Counted from the first letter of the stretch, positions 44,264 through 59,239 are shown. The stretch is DNA of 64,000 nucleotides from Octopus vulgaris (GCA_951406725.2 OX597819.1:77748001-77812000); one strand, 5' to 3'. Numbers and translations are program-made. The notes: a model not told the origin generated them from the letters alone.

Positions 44264-44736
44264 GATTCGATTTATTATTATTATTACTAGTATTGTTGTT
44301 ATACATACATACAAACTTACAAGCATATGTAATGATAATAATAAGTGGATGTAAACACATGAACTAATAGAAATAAATAACTATGTATATATATATATTT
44401 TTTTTTTTCGATTCGATTTATTATTATTATTACCAGTATTGTTGTTATACATACATACAAACTTACAAGCATATGTAATGATAATAATAAGTGGATGTAA
44501 ACACATGAACAAAATAAGAATAAACAAAAACAACAAAAACAAAAAACAAAATACAAATTACATGAACATATATAAACAGACGATACAAATATTACAGGCA
44601 TCCCCCCACATACACACACTAAATAAACATAGACGCACATAGAGATATAAACATGCGCAAATGAAGATATGCAATAGAAATACAAAATGGCTGACGGTTA
44701 GTAAAGAGAGACACAAATAAGAAAGAAGAAAACAAA

Positions 44737-44781
44737 GGACCACTGATGCGGTCACAGGAGTGTGACGAAAGAACTCTGGCC
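44737..44781 (+). ncRNA. Hammerhead motif in the inverted pseudo-LTR (core variant CTGATGC)
   Basis: ggacca-CTGATGC-g-gtcaca-ggag-tgtgac-GAAA-gaa-CTC-tggcc. Confidence 0.7.
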
Positions 44782-44895
44782 GAAATAAGATTAAGATTAA
44801 TGTAAAAAATAAATAACACTGAAGCAAAATAACACCAAATATATAGTGCGTGTGTTTTTATTGACTAAACTGGCAATATGACCATTCCGAAATAT

Positions 44896-44931
<36 letters not shown>

Positions 44932-46469
44932 TGTATTGTTATTCTGATATTTCGTTATGCTGACTCTGGTTTTTCCAGCTTCTTTCTAAAAACTGTTCAT
45001 CCAAGCTATATATCTCAATCTATAGTGAAGCCGTTAGTTATAAACTTTCTCTGATATATTTTAGATTTTCATTTTCATTCTAACAATGATTAAAAGCTAT
45101 TGTGAGTTATTGCTATAATTTTTCAGTCTTGTATAGTCCTTCGACATTTATAGTGACATTCCAGTTTTGAAAACCCTATGTTAGCAAGTATTATTGGTTT
45201 TTACATTTATATTTTATATTCTACATACATTTAATCTAGTAGTTTTGGCACAATCTGCTTGTGTGTTGTTGACAAGTAACGGATGTAATTTGGTGGCCCC
45301 GCTTAGTTCTGAACATATAGATGCTAGCCATGTAAGTGTAAGAAATGGAGACTTTTATATAAATTCTGTTGATTATTAGCTAGCATTGTTGGTGTTGTTT
45401 AATCTTGGTCTAACTCTGATCAAATAGAAAGGTGATGAAAGACGTTACTTTGTCTTTCATTTGACATATCTAATGTGTCTTCCGTTTTTTTAAACTATTA
45501 TGTCTGATGTCAGGGATCTAGCTGCTACTTCTTGTAAGTTGAGCGACCACGTAGAGCAGATACAGGCACCTTTTTTCCCCGAGAACGATGCTGCATGAGT
45601 CCTAGCTAAATAATTAGGCGGGGCAGCACAGCTAAAAAATTCGAGATAATTTTTTGTTTGGCGTGCAATTCAGAAAGTCATGTGGACTGCAGTTTGTCTA
45701 TGACTGAAGTAGAGGCTTCCTTAGGATGTTACTTCCATTTCCTTCAAACAATACATTCCTGAGTTGGCTTATATCATCACGAAACTCTTCAATGAAACTA
45801 GCTAGGATATTTATCATATTTAAACATTTAACATATTTGAAAATACATTTACACCATTATAAGGACAGGGGTGAAACAGAGCTTCCTTAAAAGCATAGGG
45901 GATCAAAGATATAGGGAACAAAAAGCGAGTATCAGAACATGATGCAAGAAACACTGTATCTTGCTTCTACTTTGGTGTACCATCCTCACATTTTGCTTCC
46001 CCTCATATCGTACACCTACCACATTACTCACACCTTACAATATTATTCACATAATCACACAATGCTTTTCCCGTTTATCTCTTTACATTTTTCTCTTAAT
46101 ATAAGATCTTTATCTCATTGTCAATTTTACGGACTTGGCTTAAGATCCATATTTTTTTCCCTTGCTCTTCGAAGAACAAACGTTCTAAACCTTAGATTTC
46201 TCATCTTCCTTTTGACAATATATTTCACTGTTTAACCTATTAGATAAGTTATACTTATAATATAACGCTTATTAAACGTGCAATAAAAATTTACAAGGTA
46301 CATTATTTAGTTTTGTTCAGTTAAGATATGTACTGCCTGAAATTACGTCTAACTGAAATTACGTCTAATCTTGAAGCCTCAGAATTACAATCAATCTGAA
46401 GTGTTATACACCATCCAAAATCTAGTTGCGAAATTTATTTCACTACTGCAAAGTATTGATACATTTATT

Positions 46470-46785
46470 TGTTTGTTTTTGGTCTTTGGATTGTGGCCTT
46501 GCAATGCGGCACCGCCTTGAAGGGTTTTAGTCGAACATATCGCTCCTAGTACTTACTTTTTAAGTGTGGTACTTATTCTATCGGTCCCGTTTGCCGAATC
46601 ACTAGAAACAGGAACGTAAACAAACCAACACCGGTTGTCACACATACAAGCATATGAATATACGACATATTTCTACACAGTTTCCGTCTACCAAATTCAC
46701 TCACAAGTTGTTGGTCGGCCCAATGTTCCGTACAATGAGACTGACCTCGAGATCACGTGGTTGCAAAGCGAGCCTCTTGACCACA
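46470..46785 (-). mobile_element. SINE family A, diverged
   Basis: gcaccgccttgaagggttttagtcgaa...cagtttccgtctaccaaattcactcacaag. Confidence 0.75.
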
Positions 46786-47484
46786 TATCGCAACTTTCCA
46801 ATCGGTCAGTCACGTATTTACAACATTACTGACGATGGGAATGGTAAGTGGCCGTTTGCAAACCGATGCAAAGGACTTCATTTAAGAGCCCCGGTTACGT
46901 ACTGGGTTGCATACTGGAATCGATCTAATCGACTGGCCCCTCCCCCAAAATTTGGACCTTGTGCCGAGAGTAGAAAAGAATATGCAGAAGGTCCACATGC
47001 ACATACACACATGCATACACGCATTTTCATACGCATTCACACATTCACGCAGGCACACATGCGCACACACACGCACACACATTCACATTTGTAATCATAT
47101 GTGTGTTTTTTTTGCATTTGTGTGTGTATGTGCATTATTATAAATGTTTTAGCTGTATATAAAACTATATTTCTATATGAAGCGAAAAGAGGGCTCAATA
47201 CATCTAAATAGAAGGGTTTATTTGCATAAAGGTAGCTGTGACTTCGAAATTTGCCAGAAGTGGTTAATCAAACAGCAGGTGATGATACACAACACTACGT
47301 CATTCAGTGATTAATTCTTTGGAGTACAGTGTTGCAGTCGGTTTATGTTGGGCATTCTCTGTTCTCCAGTCTATTTCTTCAAGCATGTAGATTCTACTGA
47401 TAACCGCGGAAGTAGATAAGGTCAACGCGCTGAGTTAAAGGAAACTGGAGAGTCACAATAAGGTTGCATTATTATCCCTCAAAT

Positions 47485-47900
47485 TAAGCCGGTAGAATCG
47501 TTAACACGAGGGGCAAAATGCTTAGCGGCATTTCGTCTGTCTTCATGTTCTGAGTTCAAATTCCGCCGAGGACGACTTTGAATTTCATCCTTTCGGGATT
47601 GATAAATCAAGTACCATAGAAACACTGGAGTCGATGCAATCGACTAGTCACCTCCCCTAAAATTTCAGGCCTTGTGCCTTTAGTAGAAAGGATTATTATC
47701 AATCAAGTTAAGGCGGTGAGCTGGCAAATTCGTTAACACGACAGGCAAAATACTGAGCGATATTTCGTCCGTCGTCACGTTCTCAGTTCAAATTCTGTCG
47801 AGGTCGACTTTATCTTTTATCCTTCAAGGGTCGCTGAAATAAGTATCATATGAGCACAGGGGGTCGATGTAATCGACTTAACCCCTCCTTCGAACTGAAG
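47485..47900 (+). mobile_element. Two tandem SINE family B monomers
   Basis: gagttcaaattccgccgagg near 47553 and cagttcaaattctgtcgaggtcgac near 47784. Confidence 0.85.
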
Positions 47901-49984
47901 CTTGAAACTATCATTATCAGTCAAATGTCTCTCAAGCCACACCCTACTGTCTTATATAGGGATAAAACGAATAATGCAGTCTTAAATACATTAGACATGA
48001 TAAGAAGACGAGATACCCCGAAGTCTTTGAACATAGCTTATTTCGAGCAGAGCTGACTTGAGGCTAAAAAGAACAACTGGAACGGTTCCTCATTCTCTGG
48101 GAAACTTTGTATATATTAAAACTGAAGCAAGATAAGAACGAATGGAAAAACGCATAACGAGCTCAAATTAACACATGTAAAAAGAAAAAACAAAAAAACA
48201 AAATGCAGAGTCGGATAAAATAGGTGGTGATCTGAGTTGGCAAAATGTATATAATGAAATTCGTAAATAAGTTATATCATAGAGGACAAAAACAGACGCT
48301 TTAGGTCTAACTTTGACCTTTCAGACGAAGAATCAGTGTTTTAAACGTCAAGTCTGTTTTCTCCTCGCGGCATCAATTGTTATCCAAACTCACGAACTTC
48401 ATTGTGAGAATATTACAGAAATTTATATTGTGAATTAAACTTCCGGAATATGAACCTGAAGTTAACTGAAGGACAGATGGAAATAATGTCTGCTAAACTA
48501 CAGGTTTAATAGAGATTAATGTATTTTCGTGAAATTCAAAAGTGAAATATTATCTACAAAAGTCAATGTAAATTTTAAAGTTGAAGTTTATCGAAGAATA
48601 AATAAAAGTCATAACATATGCAAGTTTAATCAATATTTGCAGGAATTCAAACATAAAATATGATTAAATACCGAATAAATTTTAGAATTCAAGTTAAACA
48701 AGAAATAAAGAAAATTAATTTATTTTTCAGGCAGTTATACAGATAAAGTAGGGATAATTAAAAGGACAGGAGGCAGCTGCTGAGAAACTAGCCTGGGTCA
48801 AGTTAGTACGCGTACGCAGCGTATATATTACTTGAGAAGCACAGAGGTCATTCCAGTAGCTGCAGAATAAACCATGTGCAGAAAGTGATGTTCTGTATGA
48901 TAATGGTAGGTGCTGTTCAACCTCAGGTCTGCCATGATCGAACAGACCTATAATGAAGGACATTCTAGCCTTTATCATTCCCTTATTTTGTTTGTTTTAT
49001 AAGCCAAAAATAATGTATAAGGACCCTACTTTGTCATAAATGAAAGAGTAGTGCCTATAGTCAATTATTTTTTCTGGAACTCAGAGACTGGTAATAAGGT
49101 TTAAGGGAGTTATTTTCAAAACGGAAACCAGGCCTGAATGCATTACAACGGCGTTAACTTTTGCTAAAGGCACTCAAAGATCATAATCATATATTTTAAA
49201 ACCGGGTGACGGATTGATTTTTCCACCCAACTCTGAAAGCAAAGAACTGGAACAAATACAGGAAGGGATCGCATCTGACGCTCTAACAATTTTACCGACA
49301 CGCCCTCGTCGGGGCTGGTATTTCATTTTATGGATCCAGAACTGGAAGAACTGGAAGAAATGCTATAATGTATTTTGTTCTACATTCATAGGCCTTTGCT
49401 TACTCGTCTTCTATCCATGTTTGTTTCTTTCTAAGTACAACAATGTGTGACTCAAGATAGATTTGAATGCAGTTTGTTGCATCCAAACTTGCTGAGTAGC
49501 GGCACATTTGTTGGGTAAGATCGCGAGTTATTAGTTGGGGCACCTGGTGAGTGAGTATTCATTTTGGAGAATTCGCCGTCTTTCCTATGCTGCTTTCTTT
49601 TTTGAAGTACATTAGGGTGTGACTTAAGATAGATTTGAGTACTGTCTTTTACACTGAAACTTGTTGCTTAGAGACTTCTTCGTTGGTTCGTGAATTAGTG
49701 GTTGCAACGTATTGGTGAATAAGTATTTATTTTGGACAGTTACTAGTTTTATTTTTATGCAGTCCAGGATGTATATGCATACAGCTATAGCACTCTGACA
49801 GAAATGAGAGTAGTGGTCCCATATAAGGAGGAAGCTCAGCTTTTTAAAATGGTTGTGAATGACTATAACTTAGCTATTATTATTATTATTTTTTTTTGTT
49901 TATGATTTTCTTTAAACAAAGTTAGAGGCTGCTGTAATGCAAACAACCGCAGAGAAGATAAAGAAGATAAAGAAGATTTCAAAT

Positions 49985-50192
49985 TCAAAAGATGTCAATT
50001 GATAGAGAACTTAAAGAACTGAATATCATAGACCATAGAAAAACAAGGCAATGGTAGCGAGTTCCAGAGAGCAGTAATTGGATGAAAAGAAGCTATTAAA
50101 ATTTAAAAAAACTTATGATTAACAGGAAGGTCAAAAGATAAACGATCTCAAGCACAATTTTTTCCTTGTAGGAGAGTATGTAATTCACGATT
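49985..50192 (-). pseudogene. CR1/L2-group LINE 3' end fragment
   Basis: Reverse-complement translation FFHPITALWNSLPLPCFSMVYDIQFFKFSIN contains the WNSLP motif. Confidence 0.65.
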
Positions 50193-50242
50193 CCTAAATC
50201 TGGATACACCCAAAGTATTCTTTTATTCTAATATTCTTTAAA

Positions 50243-50660
50243 TTGTTTCAGTCACCGCGTTAAAGGGTTTTAGTCGAAGAAATCGATCCCAGGGTTTATT
50301 CTACCGGTCTCTTTTGCGGAAACGCTAAATTACGGGGACGCAAGCACACCAATAAAAGTTTTCAAGTAATGGTGGGGGACAAACACAGGCACAAAGACGG
50401 ATACATAAATATATATATATACATATACGATGGGCTTCTTTCAGTTTCCGTCAACCAAATCCACTCACAAGGATCTGGTCGGACCGAGGTCATAGTAGAA
50501 GACACTTGCCCAAGCTGCCACGCAGTGGGACTGAACCCGGAACTATGTTGTTGGGAAGCAAGCTTCTTATCACATAGTCACGCCTGCGTCTACCCACACA
50601 GCCACGACTGCGCCTACCTATACAGCCATGCCTGCGCCTACCCACACAGCCACGCCTGCG
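50243..50660 (-). mobile_element. SINE family A with a 4x tandem 24-bp head
   Basis: Family motifs, plus ccacacagccacgcctgcgcctac-like units at 50570-50660. Confidence 0.85.
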
Positions 50661-51322
50661 TATATTCAATTGCTTCAGAAAGTCGTCTGTGGAATTCTAT
50701 TCTATGGCAGTCTTAAAAATCCTGAAGTGCTTTTCTAGCCAGTTTCCATTTCAAATCCAGATATCTCATATCGCTATTGATAGCTATACATTGAAAATTG
50801 CAGCTTCGATTCGGTCCAACTACATAGATATCTTAAGAAAACGTCTTTTAGTCCAGTTGACCAATTGATTTATGCCTTATGACTAAAAAACTTGTTTGGC
50901 AGAAGTCCGTCGAGTGTATGTTTGTGTAAGTGTGTATCTGTGTATAGTAGTATAAAACGGCAGTCCTTTCATGTCAAAAGGTTATATATGGCAATGAAAT
51001 AAATATAAGTTGTAAAATAAGTACCGTACTGGAATGGGTGTTATGGTCCGTACAACGACTAACTACAATCGTGACCAAGCCCAAAGAGTAAAAGGGTAAA
51101 TTTGAATATACATACATACATACATATGCACACACAAACCAACAAACCAACAGCAATTATCAAGCATTGGGGGTTAAAACACAATAACACACAAATACAC
51201 ACACACATATTCACACCTCCAGCATGTATCGAAAAAGGTTAGTGAAATCGTATGTAGATCATGTTGAAACTAAGATATTTTTACTTCGTAGAATTCCCTT
51301 GGAAACGATTATTACTGGGTAC

Positions 51323-51366
<44 letters not shown>

Positions 51367-51429
51367 CCTCTCCCGCTTCATTCCTAAACTCTTACTCTTG
51401 TAATCAAGTGAATGCTAATACTATTTCAT

Positions 51430-51801
51430 TCTTTTACTTGTTTCAGTCATTTGACTGTGACCATGCTGCAGTACCGCCTTTAGTCGAACAAATCGTCCCC
51501 AGGACTTATTCGTTGTAAGCCTAGTACTAATTCCATAGGTCTCTTTTGCCGAGCCACTAAGTTACGGGGACATAAACACACCAACATCCGTCGTCAAGCA
51601 ATGGTAGGGGAACAAATACACACACACACATTTTATACGACGGGCTTCTTTCATTTTCCGTCTGCCAAATCCACTCACGAAGCTTTGGTCGGCCCGAGGC
51701 TATAGGAGAAGACACTTGCCTAAAGTGCCACCCAGTGGGACTGAACCCGTAACCATGTGGCTGGGAGGCAAGCTTCTTACCATACAGCCACGCTTGCCCC
51801 T
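51430..51801 (-). mobile_element. SINE family A, full length
   Basis: cttttacttgtttcagtcatttgactg...cttaccatacagccacgcttgcccc. Confidence 0.9.
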
Positions 51802-52074
51802 ATACATAATATTTTTTAATCAAGCAAAAATTGTTAGGATTTTTAAAATTAATTAATAATTTAATTAATGTGTTAAAATTGCAGCGTTAACTACGAGAAA
51901 ATAACAATGAAAACAATAAACAGAATAACAGCACCTGTATAGCTATTTGCTCTTTATGTTGAAGGCGTCCCTGAGGAAATACGTTCCCACTTCCTACTGC
52001 TATGCTTATTCGCTTAATGTTAAATTGAATACATTTTCGCACACACCAAAATAAATATTCATGCATTCTACAAT

Positions 52075-52285
52075 TACTGAGAACAGAAGGCAAGAGTGGG
52101 GTAGAAAGGACATATGAGAGCCTTACCAGCAGGATGTAGAAGGACTGACTATAAAACGTCTTAAGATGTGTGACGAGGAGGAGAGCTTGAAGTCCATGAT
52201 CGCCGCAGCTCGTAAGCATCGTACGTGGAGAAGAAGAAGCAGAAGAAGAAGAAGAAGAAGAAGAAGAAGAAGAAGAAGAAGAAGG
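52075..52285 (+). mobile_element. Probable RTE-clade LINE 3' terminus with (GAA)n tail
   Basis: RTEGKSG and LKSMIAAARKHRT segments resemble the RTE C-terminus (EGKR.RGR...W+SMIA....HGT), followed directly by (GAA)n. Confidence 0.5.
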
Positions 52286-52865
52286 ACGAAAGGGGTGAGG
52301 AGAAGGAAGAAAAAGGAGAGGAAACGGGAAAGAAGAGGAAAAGAATAGAAAGAAAAGGAATAAAAGAGGTGGGAGAAAGGCAAAAAAAGAGGGAAGAGGA
52401 CGAAGATAAAGAAGGGGAAGACGAAAGTCGAAAAAGAGATGAGGAGGAGGCGGTCAAGAAAATGGGTAGAAGAAGGAGGAAAAGAAAGAAGGAAAAAAGA
52501 AGAAAAAGGAGACGGAGGAGGAGGAGGGGGAGGAAAAGAAGAACAATAACAACAACAATAACGAATAGGGGTAAAAGAATAAAAAGGAAAGGAAAGTGAA
52601 AAGAAGAGGGCAGAGAGGAAGAGTAGAATAATATCAGCAAGAGAGAGAGAGAGAGAGAGAGAGTGAATGTTCAAAACGGTTAGCTATTTGTTTGCAATCA
52701 CAGTTTCCACACATTTCATATATAAATAGGTTTATATAAAGACAGGTGTATTGCATGACAAAACGAATATAATGCAAATATGTACGTGTATTAAAAGTCT
52801 CTATTGTTGCGTCATGTACAAAATTACGCAGTCACATCTCACTCTCTCCTACGTACATACATACA

Positions 52866-52898
<33 letters not shown>

Positions 52899-53116
52899 GC
52901 ATGCATATAAGCTTACGTACGTACATATATATATATACACACGCCTATAATTTTGATAGCATGCGTCGATATTATACATCAAACAATATGTCTTTCGCTT
53001 CTACTGGGAACAGACATATACGAATACATATACAACACTCTCACATACAAATATGTGTGCACGCACATCCATACATATGCAGGTGTGTGTGAGCGTGTGT
53101 GTGTGTTTGTGTAAAT

Positions 53117-53148
<32 letters not shown>

Positions 53149-53208
53149 GTATATGTAAAATATATATATATATACATACATAGATATACATATATATGTG
53201 TGTATATA

Positions 53209-53276
<68 letters not shown>

Positions 53277-53484
53277 TGTGTGTGTCTATGTGTGTGGAAA
53301 AGAAAACGAAAAAGAGAAGGGATGTGATGAGAAAGGTAGAAATAATGTAAAAAAATAAAGTAAAGACGTTTTAAAAAGAGCAAAAAATGCATAAGAAATA
53401 CAAGCTATAAATATACTAAATTGATAAAAATAAGAGAAGCGCGTAACGATATGTAGGAATGATATATATATGTATATATATATG

Positions 53485-53609
<125 letters not shown>

Positions 53610-54359
53610 ATATGTATATATATATTTACATGTGTACACACACGCACAGACATATTGTTTTTATGATTTCAATTTATTTATAGTTTATATTTTTATGTGT
53701 TCTTTTTACAGATTATATTTTTCGTTTTAGGTCTTTTCTTTCTTTTCCAGCTTCTTGCTTTTTATTCTTTTTCTTCTCGTCTGTTTATTTCTACTTGCTT
53801 TACATCATTTTTACCTTCATCGTTTTCATCCTCTACTACCCCTACCTACCTACCTACACTCATACTTCGTTTTCACCCTTACAAAAAACAAAAATATTTC
53901 TTCTCCATTTTTATTGTTTCTTTTTTTTGCTTTTTTTTTTAGTCTTGCTATTTTTATTTCTCGTTTTACTCTGGACCAGTTTTCACACCAGGAACATGTC
54001 AACTGTCCATTTCTATTGGCAGCTAAACGTCAGTAGAATTATAAAGTGATGGCCTGCAGCAAATTGCAATTAAACTTGTCCAGATAAATTGCTTCTGTGC
54101 ATTACATCAGCTCCTTTTAATGCAATAGATAGATAGAGAGGAAAGGAGAGAGAAAAGGAAGACCAGTGTCAGAGAGGGATAGAGACTGTGTGTGTGTCTG
54201 TGATAGATAGATAGATAGATAGATATATAGATAGATAGATAGAGCGACAGATAATTTGTTAGAGACGGCTTGTAGGAGAGAATTACACTCACTACATTTC
54301 TACATATCCACACAATCTAACACAATATATTATATTAATGCATAGATATAAATATATAA

Positions 54360-54425
<66 letters not shown>

Positions 54426-54595
54426 GTATATATGTATATATATGTATGCATATATATATATATATATATATATAGGCACACACCACACACATTTGTACAT
54501 CAGGCCATATATACATTCATACAGATTTCTGTTATATATATTTGTATAAATAAATATATAAATATATATATGTACATATATATAAATATATGTAA

Positions 54596-54673
<78 letters not shown>

Positions 54674-54738
54674 TATATGCATATATGTATACACACACAC
54701 ACAGATATATTCACATATATAGGTATAATATTTTTGCA

Positions 54739-54778
<40 letters not shown>

Positions 54779-54877
54779 GTGTGTGTGTGTGTGCGTGTGC
54801 GTGTGTGTGTGAGTCTATATGCTTGTATATACGTGCGTGTTTGTATATATATATGTGAATATATTATTATTATCATT

Positions 54878-54915
<38 letters not shown>

Positions 54916-55136
54916 TATTATTATTATTATTATTACAAAAAAAAAGAAAAGAAAGAGAAATGCCTTCAACAACAAGAATAAAATATTGCAAAATGTTGGG
55001 AAACTTTCTACTTTTCGTCATTTTATTTCGTGTCAGGAAGGCACATATGTGACCAAGTCCGTAATTAAAATAGAAATATAGCCTGAAAAACTAGTGTTAT
55101 AGTTTTTGGTTTGTTTCCGTGCTAGGTTATTTACTA

Positions 55137-55143
55137 TCACCAT

Positions 55144-55175
<32 letters not shown>

Positions 55176-55297
55176 TCAACAGCAGCAGCAGCATCATAAT
55201 CATCGTCATCGTCATCATCGTAGTCATCATCATCATCATCATCATCATTGTCATCATCATCATCATCACCATCATCATCATCATCGTCGTCGTCGTA

Positions 55298-55349
<52 letters not shown>

Positions 55350-55669
55350 TCATCATCATCATCATCATCATCATTGTCATCGTCGTCATCGTCACCATGT
55401 TCCTCCTCCTCAATATCACTATCATCTTCATCATCGCCATCGACACTTTCCTCGTCATCATCGGAGTAACCGTCGTTGTCGCCGTCGTCGTCATTATCGT
55501 CTGTATCATCATTGTCATCAGCATTGTCATCATCATATTCATCATCCATCGTCTTTGCCGTCGCCGCAGCCGCCGCCACCACCAGCATCGTCACCACTGC
55601 CGTTACCATTACCACCATCACGACCATCACTAACACCACTATAAACGCCATCATGTTTACCATCGTCAC

Positions 55670-55734
<65 letters not shown>

Positions 55735-55827
55735 GTATCATCATCAGCATCATCTTGATCATTGCCGTCTTTATCAACGTCGTCATCCCCAACCACCACC
55801 AACGGTATCATTGTTCTCATCATAGTC

Positions 55828-55891
<64 letters not shown>

Positions 55892-56033
55892 ACATCAAAA
55901 GCACCAACAGTAGAAGCAACAACATTGTTGTTATTGTTGGTGAGTGTATATTTATGGAGCTATTTTTGCTTTGATGGAGATTGTTTCCTTTTGATTTTTT
56001 GTCCTATTATTATTATTATCATCATCATCATCG

Positions 56034-56130
<97 letters not shown>

Positions 56131-56150
56131 TATTGTTTTTATTATTATTA
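55137..56150. repeat. Degenerate (ATC)n/(GTC)n/(ATT)n trinucleotide array
   Basis: Seen directly. Confidence 0.95.
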
Positions 56151-56449
56151 CTATTACGATTCTGTTTCTCTTCTGGTATATGTTGTTTACGGGAATAGGT
56201 TTGTCAGCGTTATGTTTTGTGTTATAGAGAACTACAGTAGATCCCTTGCTGTGTACAGGTATGGCTTGACCAGAACTAAACGAAAGTAATAAGAGAAAAT
56301 TATATATGAATGGTGAACATAAAAGATCGAACAGCGCGACGGGTAAGGGGGTGGGGAAAAGCGGGAGTGAGTAAGCTGAGAAAGTTTCGCCCCTCTCCTC
56401 ACCATTTCGTCGCATTGTGTGACAGAAACATTTTCTGACAGCGTGTATG

Positions 56450-56524
<75 letters not shown>

Positions 56525-56541
56525 ATATGTATATATGTATG

Positions 56542-56600
<59 letters not shown>

Positions 56601-56617
56601 ATATGTATATATATATG

Positions 56618-56654
<37 letters not shown>

Positions 56655-56750
56655 GTATGTATGTATATAGATATAGATATATATGTATGTATATGTGTGT
56701 GTGAATGTATGTATGTATGTATGAATGAATGTAGGTATACATATATATAC

Positions 56751-56811
<61 letters not shown>

Positions 56812-56928
56812 GGATATATGTATGCTTATGTTATGAACATATATATGTATGTATACATATATATGTATATATAGATATATGTGTGTGTGTTTGTGTGTGT
56901 ATGCATGCATATATATTTGGGTGTGTGA

Positions 56929-56967
<39 letters not shown>

Positions 56968-58268
56968 CACACAATAGCATATTATGTATATGTTGATGTA
57001 TATATAAACAGCGCGAGAACATGAAATCAATTGATAGGCAGGTTGATTTATCGGTAGATGTTTAAGTATCAATGGTGTTAGAGAGTCAAAGAGAGTAGAT
57101 CACAGAGAAAGGGGACGGCGGGGAGTCGTAATACCGAGGAGGGGGGAAAAGAATATTGTCAAAAGAATACACGAACACATACACACATTCACATATGTAA
57201 CTAAATCTGTACATGTATGTATGTCTGTATGTATGCATGAATATTTGTGCGCGCGCACATACATACACACACACGCACGCATATATTTCTATGCTGTGTT
57301 AGTTTTATTTGGCCAATGCCAATATTGGCCGAAATACACACACACACACCATCACACACACACACACACACACACACACGCATACACACACACATACACA
57401 CACACATACACACATATATATTATATACTTACAAACACATACATATATATATTATATATATATTATATATATATATTATATATACATAATATATTATATA
57501 TATATAAATATATATATTATATATAGATATATATATATATACATATATGCATATAAATGCGTGCTACCTGTTTATTTTCGTCTGTGTGTATGTGTGACTG
57601 TCTGTAAGTGTGTCTGTGTGTGTGCGTCTAGATTCCTATATACAATTTTGAGGAAGAGAGAGAAAAAAAATGCAGAGAAGAAAAAAATAAGCAATTGCTT
57701 GAATGACACGAAAACAAATAAAATAATATAAAGTGTCGAAAGGAAAAAAAAATTACGAAAAAAAAAATAATCGAGTGAATAAAAAATATATATAAAAATC
57801 AAAGAAAATGCAAAATATAACGAAAATACAAACAAGGAGAATAGTTGGATGAGCAGAGAGAAAGAAAAGCGGAGAACCACATACACAGACACACACACAA
57901 CTCACGCACACACACACACATGGACACACATACACACAAATTAACTAGAAGAAAGAAAGGTCGAAGTCATATTTGTTGGAGAACAAGACATGATTATCTT
58001 TTGGCAGAATTGCATTCCTCACGAAATTCTGTCCACTACTTTGTGTGTGTGTGTGTGTTTGTATGTGAATTTGTGTGTGTTTGTGTGTGTATGTGTGTAT
58101 GTGCAAGTAGTGTATGTCAATGCGAATGTATACTCTCTTTATCTCTCTTGCATACACACGCACAAACAAACAAACAATCTAAAAAAAACTAACACATATT
58201 TAAGATCGACAACTTGTGAAGGATCACACGAGCTGGCTCCGTTTGCCTTTTCATTTACTCTCTCTTTA

Positions 58269-58358
<90 letters not shown>

Positions 58359-58360
<2 letters not shown>

Positions 58361-58755
58361 CGCAGGAGTGGCTGCGTGGTAAGTAGCTTGCTAACCAGCC
58401 ACATGGTTCCGGGTTCAGTCCCACTGCGTGGTATCTTGGGCAAGTGTCTTCTGCTATAGCCCCGGGCCGACCAATGCCTTGTGAGTGGATTTGGTAGACG
58501 GAAACTGAAAGAAGCCTGTCGTATATATGTATATATATATATGTGTGTGTATGTATGTCTGTGTTTGTCTCCCCTAGCATTGCTTGACAACCGATGCTGG
58601 TGTGTTTACGTCCCCGTCACTTAGCGGTTCGGCAAAAGAGATCGAAAGAATAAGTACTGGGCTTACAAAGAATAAGTCCCGGGGTCGATTTGCTCGACTA
58701 AAGGCGGTGCTCCAGCATGGCCGCAGTCAAATGACTGAAACAAGTAAAAGAAAGA
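58359..58755 (+). mobile_element. SINE family A, full length
   Basis: ggcgcaggagtggctgcgtggtaag...gactgaaacaagtaaaag, preceded by (TA)n. Confidence 0.92.
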
Positions 58756-58872
58756 AAGAATATATGTATATATATAAATAGATAGATAGATATATCTACA
58801 GACATTAATACAGACATACATATATGTATATATGCATACATACATTCATACGTACATATAACCATATTTATC

Positions 58873-58935
<63 letters not shown>

Positions 58936-59188
58936 TGTACTTATGTATGTATGAATATGTGTGTGTATGCATTAGTGTAAAGTTATATTTAAAAACAGTT
59001 GACCATCAAATTTGAAGCATGTTTAATTACTGTTTAGTAGCGTGTCAGTCCCGTGACGGTTAGTAAGTCGAAACTTCGAAGTTACTCTCAGTATTTTATT
59101 TGTAAAAATTAAGATACACACAAGCATACACACTCACACAAATATATATACAAATATGTATATATATATATATAAATATAAATATATG

Positions 59189-59239
<51 letters not shown>

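Larger units (their letters stand above)
42180..44898 (-). mobile_element. Penelope-like retroelement, 5'-truncated, with an inverted 5' pseudo-LTR
   Basis: 42228-42878 is the reverse complement of 44079-44898. RT and GIY-YIG coding sequence lies between, and both ends sit in (TA)n. Confidence 0.93.

Noticed and set aside
48730-48906. Possible exon (tttttcag acceptor, gtaggt donor)
   Set aside because: Stops in all three frames and no other support.
50570-50660. CRISPR-like short direct repeats
   Set aside because: No spacers, eukaryotic context, and the units are SINE heads.
52123-52674. Lys/Arg/Glu-rich ORFs
   Set aside because: Purine-rich low-complexity tract following a LINE-like tail.
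55033-55925. Asp-, His- and Ile-rich ORFs
   Set aside because: Trinucleotide repeat artefacts.
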